In this document: positions 45,019-54,926 of the stretch, in pieces
Layout: the number at the start of each line of letters is the position of its first letter
Numbering within the stretch: position 1 is the first letter of the stretch
IMG/VR virus record: IMGVR_UViG_3300042195_000136
Location: 1 to 59,443 of that record
Length of the DNA stretch: 59,443 nt
Direction: 5' to 3' (one strand)
DNA from: a virus
Taxonomy: Duplodnaviria; Caudoviricetes
Program-made: the position numbers and the translations under genes
Notes under the pieces: model-generated
What the model saw: the letters and a program-made list of their open reading frames with translations, nothing else
Database searches by the model: none
Told to the model about the DNA's origin: nothing

Positions 45019-46501
45019 TCTCGGTGTCAATGCGGGCAACAGTGAGAGCGTCCTCGGGTCTGTCGCCGGCAGTCTCGGGGACTTGTCGAGCAGTGCGCTG
45101 GATGCGACGTCCAGCCTCGGCGATGTCGGTGTGTCCGCTGATGAAATGTCCAGCTTCCTCGACGTTGGGGAGCGGCGGGCGGACGATCTGGCCAGGGCCC
45201 AGAACGCGGTGGAGCAGGCCTCTTTGGATATGGAGCAGGCGTCGCTGGATGCGGCGCAGGCGCAGCTTGATGTGAACCAGGCGCAGCGTGATGGTGCTCA
45301 GTCCGCGATCGATGTGGAGCAGGCGCTCCTCGATCAGGAGCAGGCGCAGGCCGACTACAACGACGCGGTCAAGGAATCCGGTAAGGGCTCGATCGAGGCC
45401 CGCCAGGCAGCCTTGGATTTGAAACAGGCTGATGAGGATCTGAAGCAGGCGAAGGAGGATTCCAAGCAGGCCACGGAGGATCTGAACCAGGCGCAGCTTG
45501 ATGGTAAGCAGGCGACGCTGGACAGTTCAGAGGCGCAGCTCGACCTGAATGAGGCGCAGCGCGGTGTGGTGGGGCCCGCGATTATGAATTCGTGGATCGG
45601 CACCGTATCAACACTTGTATCCACCGTCTTCGGCCTCGTGGGAGCGTTCGCTTTCCTGGGGACCGGGATGCTCACGACTGCCGCCACGGCCGTCGCCACC
45701 GCAGCCACGACTGCATTCTCATGGATTGCCGGATGGGTGTCCATGGGCATCGCGGCTCTGGCAGGAGCCGCTCAAATGGCTCTGGCATGGATCATTGCTT
45801 CCGGCGGAACAATCCTCATCATCGCTGCGATCATCGCGCTGGTCGCCCTCGTGATTGCCAACTGGGACACGATCAAGGAATGGACGGTCAAGATCTGGAA
45901 TGTTGTGTGGGGGTTCCTCGTGGACCTCTGGAGCAAGATCGTTTCAGTGGTGAAGACAGGCATCGGCTTCGTCAAAGACATCTTCTTCCGCTTCGCTCCG
46001 CTCGGGATCATCATCAGCAACTGGGGGTCGATCACCGGGTGGGTCAAGCGCCAGTGGAACAGGATCAGCAGCCTGGTATCCGGCGCGGTCGACCGGATCG
46101 GCGGGTTCTTCTCCGGCATGTGGAACGGCGTCACATCCGGTTTGAAATCGGCGCTGAATGGCGCGATCGGCCTGATCAACCGTGGAATCAGCGGTATCAA
46201 CGTGCTGATCCGCGGCGCCAACAAGGTGCCCGGGGTGAGCATCCCTCAGATCCCGTTCATTCCGTTCCTCGCCGCGGGCGGGATCACCACTGGCCCGACG
46301 CTCGCGATGATCGGTGAGGGGCGTGAGCAGGAGACGGTCCTGCCTCTGTCGAAACTTCAGGGGCTGATCGACATGGGTCGTGGCGGCGGGCAGATGACGG
46401 TCGGTTTCGAGCCCGGCGGCGGGGACGCGTTCACCGATTGGTTCATGGAGCACATCAGGATCCGTTTCGGCGGCGACGTCTCACAGCTCGGGGAGGGGTG
46501 A
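44999..46501 (+). CDS. Tape measure protein (short)
   Basis: Ala/Gln coiled coil, hydrophobic block, periodic Trp repeats, LAAGGI..GPTLAMIGE. Confidence 0.85.
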   Translation: MADLTIDLGVNAGNSESVLGSVAGSLGDLSSSALDATSSLGDVGVSADEMSSFLDVGERRADDLARAQNAVEQASLDMEQASLDAAQAQLDVNQAQRDGAQSAIDVEQALLDQEQAQADYNDAVKESGKGSIEARQAALDLKQADEDLKQAKEDSKQATEDLNQAQLDGKQATLDSSEAQLDLNEAQRGVVGPAIMNSWIGTVSTLVSTVFGLVGAFAFLGTGMLTTAATAVATAATTAFSWIAGWVSMGIAALAGAAQMALAWIIASGGTILIIAAIIALVALVIANWDTIKEWTVKIWNVVWGFLVDLWSKIVSVVKTGIGFVKDIFFRFAPLGIIISNWGSITGWVKRQWNRISSLVSGAVDRIGGFFSGMWNGVTSGLKSALNGAIGLINRGISGINVLIRGANKVPGVSIPQIPFIPFLAAGGITTGPTLAMIGEGREQETVLPLSKLQGLIDMGRGGGQMTVGFEPGGGDAFTDWFMEHIRIRFGGDVSQLGEG

Positions 46502-46506
46502 AAAAC

Positions 46507-49500
46507 ATGGTCAGTCTTCCGCCGGGCATCACCGCCGAGATCTTCTACGACGGCCAGTACAACAGCATCACCGGCGACGTACGCCAGACGGCTCCGCTCA
46601 CGGTCAAGCGGGGCCTGTCGTCCGAGGGAAACCGGGCCAAGCCGGTCCAGGGCGGCCTGACTATTGACAACCGCAGCGGCGACTACAGCCCCCGCAACCC
46701 GAACAGCAGCCTGTTCGGGAAGATCGGCCGGAACACGCCGATCCGGATCGGCGTGAACGCGGGTGAACCGGACCTGGCGGTGTCCGCCGCCGGCGACCGC
46801 GCCACAACACCGGACACTGCGGCCCTGGATATCACCGGTGACATCGACATCCGCGTCGACGCCCGGCTGGACAACTGGGGCCAGGAGACATTCCTGGAGA
46901 TCGCCGCCAAGCAAGAGTTCACCACCGACGAGCGCTCCTGGCGGCTGGTGCAGCTCGGCGACAGCGACGCCGTGGTGGAACTCGTGTGGACCACGGACGG
47001 TACCGGCGGCACCGGCACCGCCGTCCAGTCCACCGTGCCGCTGCCCGCGCTGCGGGGAGAGCGCATCGCGATCCGGGTCACCCTGGACGTCGACAACGGT
47101 GCGAGCGGCCACACCGTCACCTGGTACACCGCCCCCACCATCGACGGTCCGTGGCAGCAGCTCGGCGACGCGGTCACCGGCGCCGGGACCACCTCGATCT
47201 ACGACAGCAACGCGCCGCTCGACGTCGGCGACGTCGCCGGGATGCTGCTCGACCCACCGGTCGGCCGCTACTACGCCTTCCAGCTGCTGGACGGTATCGA
47301 CGGCACCCTCGTCGCCGACGTCGACTTCACTGCCCAGAGCGTCGGCGACACCCAGTTCGACGACGACGTAGGGCTGACGTGGACCCTCGAAGGTGATGCG
47401 GAGATCACCGACAAGAAGATCCGGCTGGCCGGCGAAGTGCCCGCATGGCCGGCGCGCCGGGACCTGTCCGGCGTGGACGTCCGCGCCGAGACCAGCCCGG
47501 CCGGGATCCTGCGGCGCCTGGGCGCGGGAAAAAAAGCGCTGCATTCAGCGATGCGGCGCGAGCTGGAGAACCCCGAGCGGGCCGGGATCGTCGCCTACTG
47601 GCCGGGCGAGGACGGGTCGGACGCCCAGCAGATCGCCTCCGCGATCGAGGGGCATCCGGCGATGGTGGTGAGCGGCGGCGCAGACCTGGCCGCCTACAGC
47701 GACTGGGCCGCGTCCCGGGCTCTGCCGCTGATGAAGGACGGCACCCTGACGGCGGCCGTGCCCGCCTACACCGTCACCGATCACGCGTTCCTGCGGTTCT
47801 TCCTGCGCGTGGATCCCGACGGCGTGGCGGACGAGACGCCGCTGCTGACCCTGGACACGACCGGCACCGCGGCCCAGTGGCGGGTGACGGTCAACGAGGA
47901 CGGCAACCTACGCGTCCTGGCCTACGACGACGAGGGCACCGAGATCTACACCTCGCCATTTCTGGTTTTCGACCTCGACGGGCTGCTGCTGTCGACCGCT
48001 TTCGAGCTGACCCAGAACGGCGCGGATATCGACTGGGTCCTGCGGCCCTTCGACATCGCCGCCTCCACGCTGGCCGTGGCGGTCGATATCGGCCTGGCCT
48101 CCGACACGGTCTCCGGTGAGACGTTCGGCCGCATCACCCGTATCCGCATCGGCACCGGCGGCGGCCTGGCCGACACCGCGGTTGGCCACATCGCGCTGGC
48201 CAGCGACGACGACGCCTACGCCAATACCAACGGTGCGATCGTCGGCTGGGCGGGCGAACGCGCCGGGACCCGCTTCCTGCGCATCACCGAAGAGCAGGGC
48301 ATCACCAGCTGGCTGGTCGGGGACGAGGACGAGGGAATTCGGCTGGGCCCGCAGCGGCCCCTAAAGCTCCTCGACATCCTGGACGACCTCGTGGTGTCCG
48401 AGGGCGGGTTCCTCACCGAGTCACAGACCATCCGGGCGCTGGTCTGCCGCCAGCGCTCCACCCTCTACAACCAGTCCCCCGCCTTGACGCTGGACTTCTC
48501 GCAGGGCCTGATCAGCCCGCCGTTCCAGCCGGTCGACGACGACAAGCTGTCCGAGAACGATGTCACGGTCAAGCGGGAGGGCGGCTCCCACAGTCGCCGG
48601 GTCCGCTTGAGCGGCCCCCTGTCCGTCCAGGACCCGCCGGACGGCATCGGCCGCTACGACGTCGAGCACCCGCGCAGCCTTGAGGACGACGCGCAGACAG
48701 CGCAGCTCGCTAGCTGGCTGCTGCACCTGGGGACCTTCGACGGGATGCGGTACACCAGCCTGACCCTGGACTTGGCCAATGAACGGGTCAACGCGCTCGT
48801 CGACGACATCCTGCGGACCGGCGTCGGTGACCTGATCCGGCTCACCGATCTCCCTGAGGATCTGCCGCCCGGCGACGTCGACCTCATCGTCCGGGGATCC
48901 TCCGAAACCATCGGCCCCAAGGGATGGAAGATCACGTTCACCTGCGTGCCCGGCGAGCCCTACACCGTGGCCGAAACGGCCGAGGACGACCCCGACGACG
49001 ACGCCGCCGCGGTCCGGGCGGACACCGGCGAAAGTGAGCTGGCGGCCGGCATCGACTCCACCGACACCGAGATCCTGGTCCACACCCCCGGCGGGCGGTG
49101 GGTCGCCTCCGACGGTATCGAGGTCACCGACGACGACGACCTGCCCTTCGATGTGCGGATCACCCCCGACGGCGGCACCTCCGGCGAAATCGTCACCGTC
49201 ACCGCCGTGGAGGACGCGGTCTGGGACGAGTTCGGCCGGACCGAGACCGGCTCGTGGGGCGACGCCGACTCCGGGCAGACGTGGGCGCTCACCGGGGCTG
49301 CCGCGGACTTCGATGTCACCGGCGGGTACGGGTCGGCCACGCAGCCGGCCACGGGTATCGCACACCTGACCGCGATCACCGCACCCGGCCCGGACATCGA
49401 CCTGCACGTCGACATCGCCACGGACGTACTGGCCGCCGGGGCGTCGCTGTTCGCGGGGCCCACCATCCGCATGGACACCAACGCGAACTTCTACATGGCC

Positions 49501-49923
49501 CGCCTCGAGTTCGACACGTCGGCCGGTATCGCGATGACCATCCGCAAACGCGTAGACAACGTCGAAGCCCAGCTCGCCCCCTACACGAGTCCTCTCACAC
49601 ACGTCGCGGGCACCTTCTACCGCGTGCGCTTCCAGGTGGAGGGCTCCACCCTGCGGGCAAGGCTCTGGGAGAGCGGCGCCCGCGAGCCACGCGTGTGGCA
49701 TGCCGAGGCAGACGACACCGACCTGACCGACGCCGACACGGTCGGCACCCGTTCGTTCTCCAACACCGGCAACACCAACACCGACCCGGAACTACGGTTC
49801 GACAACTTCCAGGTGCGCACCCCGCAGCGCTGGACCGTCACCCGCAGCACCAACGGCGTCAGCAGGACGTGGGACGCCGGGGACGACGTACGCCTGGCCA
49901 TACCGCCCATCGTGCCGCTGTAG
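46507..49923 (+). CDS. Large minor tail/tail-tip protein
   Basis: TIDNRSGDYSPRNPNS.LFGKIGRNTPIR; follows tape measure; about 1140 aa. Confidence 0.8.
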   Translation: MVSLPPGITAEIFYDGQYNSITGDVRQTAPLTVKRGLSSEGNRAKPVQGGLTIDNRSGDYSPRNPNSSLFGKIGRNTPIRIGVNAGEPDLAVSAAGDRATTPDTAALDITGDIDIRVDARLDNWGQETFLEIAAKQEFTTDERSWRLVQLGDSDAVVELVWTTDGTGGTGTAVQSTVPLPALRGERIAIRVTLDVDNGASGHTVTWYTAPTIDGPWQQLGDAVTGAGTTSIYDSNAPLDVGDVAGMLLDPPVGRYYAFQLLDGIDGTLVADVDFTAQSVGDTQFDDDVGLTWTLEGDAEITDKKIRLAGEVPAWPARRDLSGVDVRAETSPAGILRRLGAGKKALHSAMRRELENPERAGIVAYWPGEDGSDAQQIASAIEGHPAMVVSGGADLAAYSDWAASRALPLMKDGTLTAAVPAYTVTDHAFLRFFLRVDPDGVADETPLLTLDTTGTAAQWRVTVNEDGNLRVLAYDDEGTEIYTSPFLVFDLDGLLLSTAFELTQNGADIDWVLRPFDIAASTLAVAVDIGLASDTVSGETFGRITRIRIGTGGGLADTAVGHIALASDDDAYANTNGAIVGWAGERAGTRFLRITEEQGITSWLVGDEDEGIRLGPQRPLKLLDILDDLVVSEGGFLTESQTIRALVCRQRSTLYNQSPALTLDFSQGLISPPFQPVDDDKLSENDVTVKREGGSHSRRVRLSGPLSVQDPPDGIGRYDVEHPRSLEDDAQTAQLASWLLHLGTFDGMRYTSLTLDLANERVNALVDDILRTGVGDLIRLTDLPEDLPPGDVDLIVRGSSETIGPKGWKITFTCVPGEPYTVAETAEDDPDDDAAAVRADTGESELAAGIDSTDTEILVHTPGGRWVASDGIEVTDDDDLPFDVRITPDGGTSGEIVTVTAVEDAVWDEFGRTETGSWGDADSGQTWALTGAAADFDVTGGYGSATQPATGIAHLTAITAPGPDIDLHVDIATDVLAAGASLFAGPTIRMDTNANFYMARLEFDTSAGIAMTIRKRVDNVEAQLAPYTSPLTHVAGTFYRVRFQVEGSTLRARLWESGAREPRVWHAEADDTDLTDADTVGTRSFSNTGNTNTDPELRFDNFQVRTPQRWTVTRSTNGVSRTWDAGDDVRLAIPPIVPL

Positions 49924-49942
49924 AGAGAGAAGGGAGAAGGCC

Positions 49943-50455
49943 ATGCCGTTCCCCGAGTGGGAAGCCGGAATGCGCATCACACACGACCGGCTGGATGACC
50001 GCAACGTCCACTTCGTGGAGCAGGCCGCGGACCAGACCGAGAACAGTAACGAGACACTCGTCGACACCAGCCTCACCTTCGAAGGCGAAGCGGACGCCGA
50101 GTACTGGTACATCGCGCTGATCTCCTACAGCGCCGACACCGCCGCGGACATGCACTTCGCCTGGGACGTCCCCTCCGGCGCCGGGGTACGGCGTTTCACG
50201 CAGAGCCTTATCGAAGGCGCCGCAAGCGGCGTCAACACCGGCGGCGACCTCATCATGCGCACCCCGGCCACCACCACGGAGATCACTGCCGGAGGCGCCG
50301 GCGACGGCGCTTTCAACCTGGCCCGTGACGAGGGAATCATCACCATGGGCGGAACAGCCGGCGACGTCACACTCCAGTTCGCGCAGCAGGCCTCCGACGC
50401 GGGCGACACCATCTTCCGCGCCCAGTCCCGCCTCATCTACCAGCGCATCGCCTAA
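49943..50455 (+). CDS. Minor tail protein
   Basis: W.AG.RIT..RL N-terminus; G.VTLQFAQ. Confidence 0.65.
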   Translation: MPFPEWEAGMRITHDRLDDRNVHFVEQAADQTENSNETLVDTSLTFEGEADAEYWYIALISYSADTAADMHFAWDVPSGAGVRRFTQSLIEGAASGVNTGGDLIMRTPATTTEITAGGAGDGAFNLARDEGIITMGGTAGDVTLQFAQQASDAGDTIFRAQSRLIYQRIA

Positions 50456-50464
50456 GGACCCGTC

Positions 50465-50917
50465 ATGGCCACCCAGTGCAAGCTCCTCACCAACGAGCCG
50501 CAGACCATCGAGCCGGGCACCTGGACTGCCGTCCGCTTCGACCAGGTCCTGCGCAATGACGGCGGCATGTATCAGGGCACCGGAGACGTCACCGACCCGG
50601 AGTCCGCGCTGATCATGCCGCCGGATGACGGGGACTTCCTGTGGCTGCGCTTCGTGCACTGGGCCGCCGTCACTGTCCCGGACGGGGATTGCCGGGAGCG
50701 GCAGTTCCTCGCCCAGTTCGCCCGCGACCCGTACACGGTGCCGGACACGACGGGCACGACCGACGCCGACCACACCGCGGGCAAGCAATTCCACCTCGCC
50801 TCATGGGCGTTCTACGGCCGCGACGGCCAGCCGGTGGCCGTGCGGGTGTGGCACGACCATCACGAGCCGGTGGACATCGTGCACGCGCAGTTCGTCGCGA
50901 TGACGTGGGACTACTGA
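50465..50917 (+). CDS. Putative minor tail protein
   Basis: Position, beta-rich composition. Confidence 0.5.
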   Translation: MATQCKLLTNEPQTIEPGTWTAVRFDQVLRNDGGMYQGTGDVTDPESALIMPPDDGDFLWLRFVHWAAVTVPDGDCRERQFLAQFARDPYTVPDTTGTTDADHTAGKQFHLASWAFYGRDGQPVAVRVWHDHHEPVDIVHAQFVAMTWDY

Positions 50918-50927
50918 GGGGGTTGTT

Positions 50928-51869
50928 GTGGCCACACCACCAGGCGCGGCGAGGTTCGCGCAGTTGTTCCGCGATGAGGGTCTGACCGTTGTCGAGGTCG
51001 GCGACTGGCGCCACCACAACCGTAACCATGTCGGTGCGTGGGGTCCGGTGCACGGCGTGATGATCCACCACACCGTGACCTCCGGCTCGGCTCGCACCGT
51101 GCAGATCTGCCGCGACGGGTACAGCGGCCTGCCCGGGCCGCTGTGCCATGGCGTCATCACCAAGGACGGCCGCGTGCATCTCGTCGGCTACGGCCGCACC
51201 AACCACGCCGGATCCGGTGACGGCGACGTCCTGCGCGCGGTCATCGCCGAGCGTGCGCTGCCAGCGGACAACGAGGCCACCACCGACGGCAACCGACACT
51301 TCTACGGCTTCGAATGCGAGAACCTCGGCGACGGCAAAGACCCCTGGCCGCAGGCGCAGCTCGACGCCATCGAGAAGGTGTCGGCGGCGATCTGCCGGTA
51401 TCACGGCTGGGGCGCGGGTTCAGTGATCGGGCATCTGGAGTGGCAGCCGGGGAAGGTCGATCCGCGCGGCTTCTCCATGCAGACGATGCGCGGCCGGATC
51501 GCCGCACGCTTGGACGGCAACCAATCCGAGGAGGACACCGTGGCCCTGACGGACAGCGAGATCGAGCGGATTGTGGACGGCGTATATGAAGCCGTCTGCT
51601 TCCGGGACGGCCGGATCAAGGCCCCCAACCCGCAGGCCAAAAACCGGTTCTGGATGGCCTCCAGCTACTGGCGCGACACATACATATCGGTACGCCGCAT
51701 CGAGACCGCCGTGAATGAGCTCCTCGCCCAGGGCGCCGCCCGCGATGCCGTCCTCGCCCGCCTGGCCGAGGGCGGCGGGCTCGACGCTGCGGAGATTCAG
51801 GCGGCGGCCGAGGCTGGCGCACAGGCTGCGCTCGACCGGCTCGGCGATGCGCTGCGGGATGACGTGTGA
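50928..51869 (+). CDS. Endolysin, N-acetylmuramoyl-L-alanine amidase
   Basis: MIHHT, NHAG, GFECEN, IGHLEW..GKVDP. Confidence 0.9.
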   Translation: MATPPGAARFAQLFRDEGLTVVEVGDWRHHNRNHVGAWGPVHGVMIHHTVTSGSARTVQICRDGYSGLPGPLCHGVITKDGRVHLVGYGRTNHAGSGDGDVLRAVIAERALPADNEATTDGNRHFYGFECENLGDGKDPWPQAQLDAIEKVSAAICRYHGWGAGSVIGHLEWQPGKVDPRGFSMQTMRGRIAARLDGNQSEEDTVALTDSEIERIVDGVYEAVCFRDGRIKAPNPQAKNRFWMASSYWRDTYISVRRIETAVNELLAQGAARDAVLARLAEGGGLDAAEIQAAAEAGAQAALDRLGDALRDDV

Positions 51870-51954
51870 GAGCGCGGCTGTGGTGCCCCGCGTGTCTGTT
51901 GGCGCGTTGGTCGCCGGGGCATCTGCTGCGTGTCGCGATAGGGGTGTGTGCCCT

Positions 51955-52368
51955 GTGACCAGGCACGTTCAGACGGTGGCCGTGGACTTCGACGGCGTCC
52001 TGCACTCCTACGAGCGCGGCTGGCACGACGGCACGATCTACGGCGACTTCATGCCCGGCGCCGTCGTCGCACTGTCGCAGCTCATGCAGCAGTACGCCGT
52101 GTTCGTACACACCACGCGGGACGCAAAGGCGGTGGCCCGCTGGATTGAGCAGTCGTCGGGCTACGCCTTCGAGTGCACGACCCGTCTGCCGCGCACCTGG
52201 TACGGGCGGCGGAAGCCGTTCTGGAACGCGCAAGAGCTGCTGCTGGTCACCGATCGGAAGCTGCCCGCGATCGCGTATGTCGACGATCGCGGCGTGCGGT
52301 TCGAGGACTGGTGGCAGTCCCTGCGCGCGCTGGGCATCGAACCGCTCCAGCGGCAGGAGACGGCATGA
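51955..52368 (+). CDS. HAD-superfamily phosphatase-like protein
   Basis: VDFDGVL, HTTR, K..A..YVDDR. Confidence 0.75.
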   Translation: MTRHVQTVAVDFDGVLHSYERGWHDGTIYGDFMPGAVVALSQLMQQYAVFVHTTRDAKAVARWIEQSSGYAFECTTRLPRTWYGRRKPFWNAQELLLVTDRKLPAIAYVDDRGVRFEDWWQSLRALGIEPLQRQETA

Positions 52369-52706
52369 TCCTGAACCTGACGCCGCACCCGATCCGTCTC
52401 TACGCGAACGAGCGCGAGGACGGCTGCGACGACCTCGAACCGCACCTGCGCGAGGTCATCGAACCCGAGGCGACGCCCGCCCGGCTGGCCACGTTCGAAG
52501 TCAGCAGCGGCATGTGGCCCGAGTTGGTCGAGTTCGGGCACGCACAGAACCTGTCACCCAAGCGCGACGGCGTCCAGTACATCGTCTCCCTCGTCGTCGC
52601 CCTCGCGCTCGCTGACCGGCGCGGCGACCTCCTTGTCCCCTACCGCGAGGTCCGCAATGCATCCGGGACCGTCATCGGCTGCCGCTCGCTCGCGCAGCCC
52701 GTCTGA
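52365..52706 (+). CDS. Hypothetical protein (NLTPH N-terminal motif)
   Basis: ATGA-coupled; MILNLTPHPI...YIVS...DLLVP...VR...G.VIGCRSL. Confidence 0.65.
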   Translation: MILNLTPHPIRLYANEREDGCDDLEPHLREVIEPEATPARLATFEVSSGMWPELVEFGHAQNLSPKRDGVQYIVSLVVALALADRRGDLLVPYREVRNASGTVIGCRSLAQPV

Positions 52707-52720
52707 GAATCGAGAACCCC

Positions 52721-52909
52721 ATGAAGATCTCGAAGTACTGGAAGGCGCTCGTCGCCGGAGCCGTCGCCGCCAGCGGGGCCCTGTCCACCGCGGCGGCCGA
52801 CAATGTCATTACGAGCGGCGAGGTGTGGCTCATCGTCGGGGCGCTCGTCGGGGGCCTGGGTCTGACGTGGGCGGTGCCGAATCGGCCGGCCGACGACAGA
52901 GGCCTGTGA
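52721..52909 (+). CDS. Holin
   Basis: 62 aa, two TMs, ends TWAVPN. Confidence 0.75.
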   Translation: MKISKYWKALVAGAVAASGALSTAAADNVITSGEVWLIVGALVGGLGLTWAVPNRPADDRGL

Positions 52910-52918
52910 GCGTCCCTC

Positions 52919-53167
52919 ATGCACCTGCTGGAATGGCTCGGAATCGGGGCCGGTTCTCTGCTGGCCCTCGGCGCTCTGGTCCGCGCGTTGTGGCGGTTCA
53001 ACCGGCGGATTGTGAAGATTGTGGATGCGGTGCAGGAGCTGTCACCGAACGGCGGCCGGTCGATGAAGGACACGGTCACCAGGACGGAACGCAAGGTGGA
53101 CGAGACGGCGCGGGAATTGTGCGAGCTGAAGACGCGGTTCGATGAGCACCTGTCCGGCGGCCCGTAG
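52919..53167 (+). CDS. Lysis-cassette membrane protein
   Basis: One TM, PNGG.S.KD motif, coiled coil. Confidence 0.65.
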   Translation: MHLLEWLGIGAGSLLALGALVRALWRFNRRIVKIVDAVQELSPNGGRSMKDTVTRTERKVDETARELCELKTRFDEHLSGGP

Positions 53168-53184
53168 AGTGACGAGTCCGCAGG

Positions 53185-53228
53185 CAGCCAGGTTCCCCGC
53201 ATGGGGAAGCTGGCTGACCGGGCTTTTT
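53185..53228 (+). terminator. Intrinsic terminator ending the late operon
   Basis: CAGCCAGGTTCCCC-GCAT-GGGGAAGCTGGCTG followed shortly by TTTTT. Confidence 0.7.
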
Positions 53229-53245
53229 CGTGACAGCACGAAAAG

Positions 53246-53425
53246 CTACGCCGCCTTCACCACCTCGGCCCGTACCGCAGCCGCCCACTCCGTGATGAGC
53301 CGCTCATACTCCGCCCGCTGACCGTCGTCGAGCCGCACCGACGGGTGCGGCCACAGCGCACGAATCTCCTCGTTGAGCACGGCAGCAGACCGCACGGAAC
53401 CAGAGGCGGGAAAGTTCAGGGGCAT
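53246..53425 (-). CDS. Small hypothetical protein downstream of integrase
   Basis: MPLNFPASGSVRSAAVLNEEIRALW...YERLITEWAAA. Confidence 0.5.
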   Translation of the reverse strand: MPLNFPASGSVRSAAVLNEEIRALWPHPSVRLDDGQRAEYERLITEWAAAVRAEVVKAA

Positions 53426-53443
53426 GCAGACAGCCTACGGCGA

Positions 53444-54337
53444 TCAAAGATCACCCAGATTCAGCCCCCGCGCCTCATCGGCAGCACGCTTCGCCGCCGT
53501 TGCCCGCGTATACCGATCAATCATGTCCCGCCGCGACCACCCAGCCACCGCCATCAACCCCCCCTCCGACCCACCCCGCTGAAGCCACCTCCCAGCCGCC
53601 GTATGCCGCAAAACGTGCGGATGAAAATCAGGGATGCCAGCCAGGAAGGCGCGCCGCACGAGACTGTCGTACAAGCCCGAGTAGCCGATGGTCTTACCGC
53701 GGTCCCCGAGCCACAGATCCGGGCCGGAAGCCAGCCGGTGGGCCCGACGCAGACGCAGATACCGGTCAACCGCCCGGCACGTCTGCGGGCCGATCGGGAT
53801 GGTGCGCCCCTTCCCCCCCTTGCCGCGGCGCACGACCGCGGTACCAGCGGACAAGTCGATGTCGCCTACTTCCATCGCGACGACTTCACCGATCCTCACC
53901 CCGGTCTCGATCATCAGTCGAATGATTGCCTCGTCGCGGCGTTCCCAGAAGTCCTTGCCGGCGCACGCCTTGACCAACGCGCGGAGCTGGTCGTCGGATA
54001 GTTCAGGGATAATTTTGCTATCAAGCTTGGGCGGCTTCAGACCCACCAGCGGGTCGCTGTCGAGCTCTCCCTCCTCGGCCAGCCATGCGGAGAACCGGCG
54101 GAGGGACAACTGCCGGGAGCGGGCTGTGGCAGCCTCTGCGCCGTCGTCGAGGAGATCTGCGACGAAGGCGTTCACTACGGCTCGTGCGAGGTCAGGCTCG
54201 CGGCCGGTGCGCTCGCACCAGGCGATGAAGCGTTTGATGCCGTCGGTGTAGGTCTTCACGGTCTGCTGGCTTTTGCGTTCGGCGCGTAGGTGGAGGGTCC
54301 AGGAGTCGAGGAGTCTGCGCATGTCGTCGGTGGTCAT
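53444..54337 (-). CDS. int: Tyrosine integrase
   Basis: RDEAI..L..TG.R..E, GKGGKGR, HVLRHT, AGW, RY. Confidence 0.95.
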   Translation of the reverse strand: MTTDDMRRLLDSWTLHLRAERKSQQTVKTYTDGIKRFIAWCERTGREPDLARAVVNAFVADLLDDGAEAATARSRQLSLRRFSAWLAEEGELDSDPLVGLKPPKLDSKIIPELSDDQLRALVKACAGKDFWERRDEAIIRLMIETGVRIGEVVAMEVGDIDLSAGTAVVRRGKGGKGRTIPIGPQTCRAVDRYLRLRRAHRLASGPDLWLGDRGKTIGYSGLYDSLVRRAFLAGIPDFHPHVLRHTAAGRWLQRGGSEGGLMAVAGWSRRDMIDRYTRATAAKRAADEARGLNLGDL

Positions 54338-54387
54338 GGTCGCCCCCTGCGCATGGTCTTTCGTCCGAGTGGTATTTCCACTGGGAG

Positions 54388-54541
54388 CGCCATGCTTCGG
54401 ACAGCAAAGTGCCCCCGACCGTGTTTGTAAAGGTCAGGGGCGCTTTCCGTGACGTCACTCAGTCGAGGTAGTCGCGCACTACACAGCGATTAACGCCATG
54501 CTTAAGCCTATCGTTGGGGGTCACAAAGAGCCGCCATGCTT
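54388..54541. other. Putative attP
   Basis: Core 54459-54478 (reverse complement TGCGCGACTACCTCGACTGA); inverted repeat 54406-54446; CGCCATGCTT x3. Confidence 0.7.
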
Positions 54542-54763
54542 TGCAATACCCTCGACTGAACTTCTTTCTCGGCCACCCGCCGCACACACCTCCAGCGCAT
54601 CCGGGCAGCCCTTGGCAACCAGCCCGATCGCCCGAACCGCATCCGCCTCACTGATCTGCGCCGGGTCGTACGACGCGTACACGCCGCGGCCGCCAGGGTG
54701 AAGCGCGACAGCCGTGCCGGGCGCATGCTCGCGCGCCTCAAGATTGAGCGTCAGCGCGACCAC
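54521..54763 (-). CDS. Hypothetical protein downstream of repressor
   Basis: AGGGGA RBS and GTG; 80 aa. Confidence 0.45.
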   Translation of the reverse strand: MVALTLNLEAREHAPGTAVALHPGGRGVYASYDPAQISEADAVRAIGLVAKGCPDALEVCAAGGRERSSVEGIAKHGGSL

Positions 54764-54926
54764 AGGATCCCCCTGTCTCGTGCGTGCTGGCCGCACAACG
54801 TCCGAAAAGCCGCACGCACGTCCGTTGTCGAGCCAGGAACTGTACGCCGCATCCCGACCGCCACAGAACCCGCAATGCATAAATGCATGCCCTTTCAACA
54901 CATGTCGGTTGTATGTAAACAGGCAG

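Noticed and set aside
46507-50917. Diversity-generating retroelement targeting tail genes
   Set aside because: No reverse transcriptase ORF and no TR/VR repeat pair noticed
54340-54540. tRNA-derived attP or a phage tRNA gene
   Set aside because: No T-loop or cloverleaf recognised here or elsewhere by eye; tRNAscan-SE would confirm
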